Origin: Promethearchaeota archaeon Loki_b32 | GTDB lineage: Archaea; Asgardarchaeota; Lokiarchaeia; Sigyniarchaeales; SOKP01 | NCBI GenBank assembly: GCA_005223125.1 | Contig: NJBH01000007.1 | Span: 1 to 64,000, forward strand | Length of the DNA stretch: 64,000 bases | Reading direction: 5' to 3' | Part shown: piece after piece, positions 60,857 through 64,000 of the stretch | Layout: each line of letters starts with the position of its first letter | Numbering within the stretch: position 1 is the stretch's first letter | Notes under the pieces: generated by a model | Seen by the model: the letters and a program-made list of their open reading frames with translations, nothing else | What the model was told of the DNA's origin: nothing | Database searches by the model: none | Position numbers and translations under genes: made by a program

Positions 60857-62896
60857 ATGATAGAGAAGATAAGCCCCAACAAAATTAGATTTGGAACATG
60901 TACAAAGGACTGCTACGGTTCATGTGTGTTTAAAGGAATTTGGGATGACGAAGCTTTAGAATACAAACTTTTATCTACTCGTCCCTTGAAAGAACATCCT
61001 TTTACAAATGGGTTTTTTTGTCCAAAATATAAACAAAGAGAAAAATTACTATATCATCAGAAAAGGTTGAAAAATCCTATAATTAGGACTGGTCCAAAAT
61101 CTGAAAATAAGTTTGAGAAAATATCTGTGAAAAAAGCATTTGAAATCATTGTTGAAAAAATATTAGATATTCAAAAAGGGAATGACCCATCGTCTATTCT
61201 AGGGGCTTTCTATGCAGGTAATTGTGGGTTAATATCGCAGTATGCCCCATTAAGATTCTTTAGGAAAATTGGAGCCACAATCACTACAGGGGGAATCTGT
61301 AATGAAGGAGGTTGTGCAGGATTAACAGAACTGTTTGGTACATATTCTACTGCAAATCCTTTTCAGTTAATTAACCCTTCAACTAGATTAATCGTGATAT
61401 GGGGAAGTAATCTTTCAGAAAGTAATAATCATGCATATTATTTGGTAAAGCAAGCTTTAAAAAAAGGGACAAAAATTGTGGTTATTGATTCACGATGCAC
61501 ACTTATAGCTGAAAAAGCTGATCTTTTTCTACATATCTTCCCGAGTACTGAGCAATTATTAGTAAAAATGATCGTTAATGAATTAATGGCTTGCGATGCC
61601 TATGATGAATTATTTTTGAAAGATTATGTTGATTCATACTCATCAATTTTTACTGAAGCTGCGAAAGTTGAGAAAAAAAGACTCTTAAGTCAAATTGGAA
61701 TTAATTATCAAACATTTCAAAATTTTGTTGATTATTTAATCAAATTCAAACATCAAACGTTATTTAATATCGGGTATGGGGTTCAAAAAGATTTCTATGG
61801 GGGAAGAATAGTAAAATCTATTGCTTTAATTCAAATTATACTTGGAAATATAGGAAAACCTGGTACGGGGATAATTTATTCTCAAAGTGATTTTTTAAAA
61901 CCTGTTCTTCGACCGATTCAAACTTACATTACCCAAAATGAAAAAAATTCTAAAATAAAAAAAATTCCTATAATAAAACTAGGTTCGGCTTTATCTTCTG
62001 AGAAATACAAAATGTTATTTATATACAATTTCAATCCAGCAAGTTCACTACCTAATCAAAATTTATTAAGAAAAGCATTATTAAATAAAGATCTATTTAT
62101 AGTGGTATTAGATATGTTTCTAAATGAAACAACGAAATATGCTGACATAGTTATTCCGGCTAAATTTGATTTAGAATCACATGATATTGTATCTCCTTTT
62201 TATATACCAAGTCTATCTATAAATATTGGAGGGCCCTGTCCCTATCAAAATTGTATGTCAAATTATGAGTTTTTTCAACAATTAGCATGGAAAATAGGTT
62301 ATGAGGATTTATTTTTTCAGGAATCGGAAGAGACAATTTTTGATAATTGTTTAAAAATGTTGCCTTTAAAAATTCAAGAATACATTGATTTACAAGGTTA
62401 TTATTTATTATTCGATAATAATTCTGTTCCTTTTAATAATTTAGAATTTCCTACTTCTAATTATCGGATTCAAGCTAGAGGTCCTCATTTTAAATTTGGA
62501 AAAAATGAATTAAAGCGTAAATTTAACAAGAAGAAAAATGAATTTCTGCTTATCACACCCTCTCATTATTACTTCTTACATTCTCAATTTGGACAATTAA
62601 ACACAAAATATTTAGAAGTATTTAGTAAAATATTTTTAACTTCAGAAGATATTAAAGCATTGGATTTAGTGATAGGAAGTGAAGTGTTGGTTTCTAATGA
62701 ATATGGAAATGAAGTATACATCTTAGCAGAATCCCCTAATTTAAAACCGGGAACAGCTTTGATATATTCTGGTTTATCTTCAACTTTAAAGAAGAATCCA
62801 AATGTGAATAATTTTATACCTGATGACCCAGAAGAACTGGGATATTCAGGTGCGTATAATTCGGCTATAGTTAAAATTACCAAAGTAAAATCCTAA
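60857..62896 (+). CDS. Molybdopterin-dependent oxidoreductase (DMSO reductase superfamily)
   Basis: CTKDCYGSC...HPFTNGFFCPK, RLKNP..R, WGSN, ETTKYADIVIPA. Confidence 0.85.
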   Translation: MIEKISPNKIRFGTCTKDCYGSCVFKGIWDDEALEYKLLSTRPLKEHPFTNGFFCPKYKQREKLLYHQKRLKNPIIRTGPKSENKFEKISVKKAFEIIVEKILDIQKGNDPSSILGAFYAGNCGLISQYAPLRFFRKIGATITTGGICNEGGCAGLTELFGTYSTANPFQLINPSTRLIVIWGSNLSESNNHAYYLVKQALKKGTKIVVIDSRCTLIAEKADLFLHIFPSTEQLLVKMIVNELMACDAYDELFLKDYVDSYSSIFTEAAKVEKKRLLSQIGINYQTFQNFVDYLIKFKHQTLFNIGYGVQKDFYGGRIVKSIALIQIILGNIGKPGTGIIYSQSDFLKPVLRPIQTYITQNEKNSKIKKIPIIKLGSALSSEKYKMLFIYNFNPASSLPNQNLLRKALLNKDLFIVVLDMFLNETTKYADIVIPAKFDLESHDIVSPFYIPSLSINIGGPCPYQNCMSNYEFFQQLAWKIGYEDLFFQESEETIFDNCLKMLPLKIQEYIDLQGYYLLFDNNSVPFNNLEFPTSNYRIQARGPHFKFGKNELKRKFNKKKNEFLLITPSHYYFLHSQFGQLNTKYLEVFSKIFLTSEDIKALDLVIGSEVLVSNEYGNEVYILAESPNLKPGTALIYSGLSSTLKKNPNVNNFIPDDPEELGYSGAYNSAIVKITKVKS

Positions 62897-62910
62897 TATT
62901 AAAAAGTGGT

Positions 62911-63444
62911 TTACTTCTTCTTTTTAATAAATGCGAGATCACCGAGAGAAGTTCCGCTAGATTTTTTCATGTATTTATTATTAGAAACATCAGCTTCAAT
63001 CTCAGTAACTTTTTTTATGATTTTTATTTTATACACATCTTCTATTTTTTTTGCCAATTTAATTGTAGGTTCTACTTTTCCCGTTTCAATTCTTCTAAGT
63101 AAGGAAGGTTTTTCATTTAACTTCTGAGCAAATTGATCTTGATTAAGGCCTAGTATATTCCTCGCATTTCTTATTTTTTTAGCATAATCTGGAATTATTT
63201 CTAGATCATCGATGCGAGGTTTTTTTAGAGCTTGGCGTTTTGGACGAATTGCTCTATCACGGGAGAATGAGCTTTTAATATATGTACTGGTAGAGTGTTT
63301 TTGAATTTTTACACCATGTTGGGCACAATTATGACAAACTGTAATTTTCGCTCCTTCTAATAGAACTCTTTGCCCCTTACCCCAAATTATACTCCCACAT
63401 ACAGGACATTCTTTATCAATTTCATCGTATTGTGGTTTTGGCAT
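62911..63444 (-). CDS. mbf1: Multiprotein bridging factor aMBF1
   Basis: CPVCG...EGAKITVC..C; IRNAR...LAQKLNEK.S...IETGK..P HTH; TSLGD; divergent from pan. Confidence 0.92.
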   Translation of the reverse strand: MPKPQYDEIDKECPVCGSIIWGKGQRVLLEGAKITVCHNCAQHGVKIQKHSTSTYIKSSFSRDRAIRPKRQALKKPRIDDLEIIPDYAKKIRNARNILGLNQDQFAQKLNEKPSLLRRIETGKVEPTIKLAKKIEDVYKIKIIKKVTEIEADVSNNKYMKKSSGTSLGDLAFIKKKK

Positions 63445-63687
63445 AAAATCATCTCAAATCAGATTTGTTGAAGAAAAGCTTTATATGCATAGAATTTGAT
63501 TAAAAACTCTTATAATTTACGGTTAATTAGGATTATATTTTATAATCTATAAATTTTTTAAAAATTGACATTTTTAAGTAATAGTACAGAAGTAACCTTA
63601 AATTTAAATGATTAAAAGTTTATTAATAAATTAAAGTAATTTCTTAAAAATGTACATTAAAGTGAGAAAAGAAGGGGTACACTTTTT

Positions 63688-64000
63688 TTGACTACGATTA
63701 AAGAAAAAAAGAAGAAAGAAGAAGGTAAAGATGGAGAATATCTTATAACCTATACTAGACACTTAGAGAAGCGCCTTCGAAACTTAGAAACAGAAAAACA
63801 ATTATTAGATGCAGAGCGATTAAGATTAGAACAAGAATTACATAGTCTGAGAAATGAAATTGATAGATTAAGAGAACCTCCATTAGTGTCTGCAACAATT
63901 ATAGATTTCTTAGATGAAAAGGGTAGAGCAATAGTAAAAAGTTCTACAGGACCAAGTTTCGTTGTTAATACTAGTAGAAAAGTTAAAAATGAAAAATTAG
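63688..64000 (+). CDS. pan: Proteasome-activating nucleotidase, N-terminal part (truncated by window)
   Basis: TTG start; coiled coil ...LRNEIDRLREPPLV...AIVKSSTGPSFVV. Confidence 0.9.
   Translation, partial: MTTIKEKKKKEEGKDGEYLITYTRHLEKRLRNLETEKQLLDAERLRLEQELHSLRNEIDRLREPPLVSATIIDFLDEKGRAIVKSSTGPSFVVNTSRKVKNEKL

Overview
AT-rich archaeal chromosome segment. Gene content (roadblock-Rab-like GTPase fusion, longin-like protein, Loki-CTERM-like sorting signal, OST5/TMEM258-like protein, unsplit Rpo2, PolD, Cdc6, CarS) points to an Asgard archaeon, most likely Lokiarchaeia (inference). About 36-64 kb is mostly housekeeping: rtcB, archease, carS, cdc6, PolD DP1/DP2, thiL, cbf5, rpo5/rpo2, tfe, mbf1, pan, and three tRNAs that all carry introns at non-canonical positions. 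The left half holds the unusual material. (1) At 3.4-14.3 kb there is a candidate DNA-modification/defence island: a DGQHR (DndB/DpdB-like) protein, a PAPS-reductase-family Fe-S protein, a PD-(D/E)xK nuclease-HerA fusion, an Smr protein, a PUA-less TGT (DpdA-like) and a stand-alone ArcS catalytic-motif domain. It also carries diverged copies of neighbouring host genes (Elf1 and a headless SMC zinc-hook). (2) SMC-related genes flank it: a KITE/MAGE-like protein with a degenerate SMC-like gene on one side, and an archaea-specific SMC-related ATPase between two paralogues on the other. (3) At 26-29.8 kb there is a candidate actin-regulatory neighbourhood: a BAR-like protein, a coiled-coil/polyproline/VASP-FAB-like protein, and a 50-aa WH2-motif microprotein that the ORF track does not list. 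All family calls come from reading motifs by eye and from remembered consensus sequences; no searches were run.
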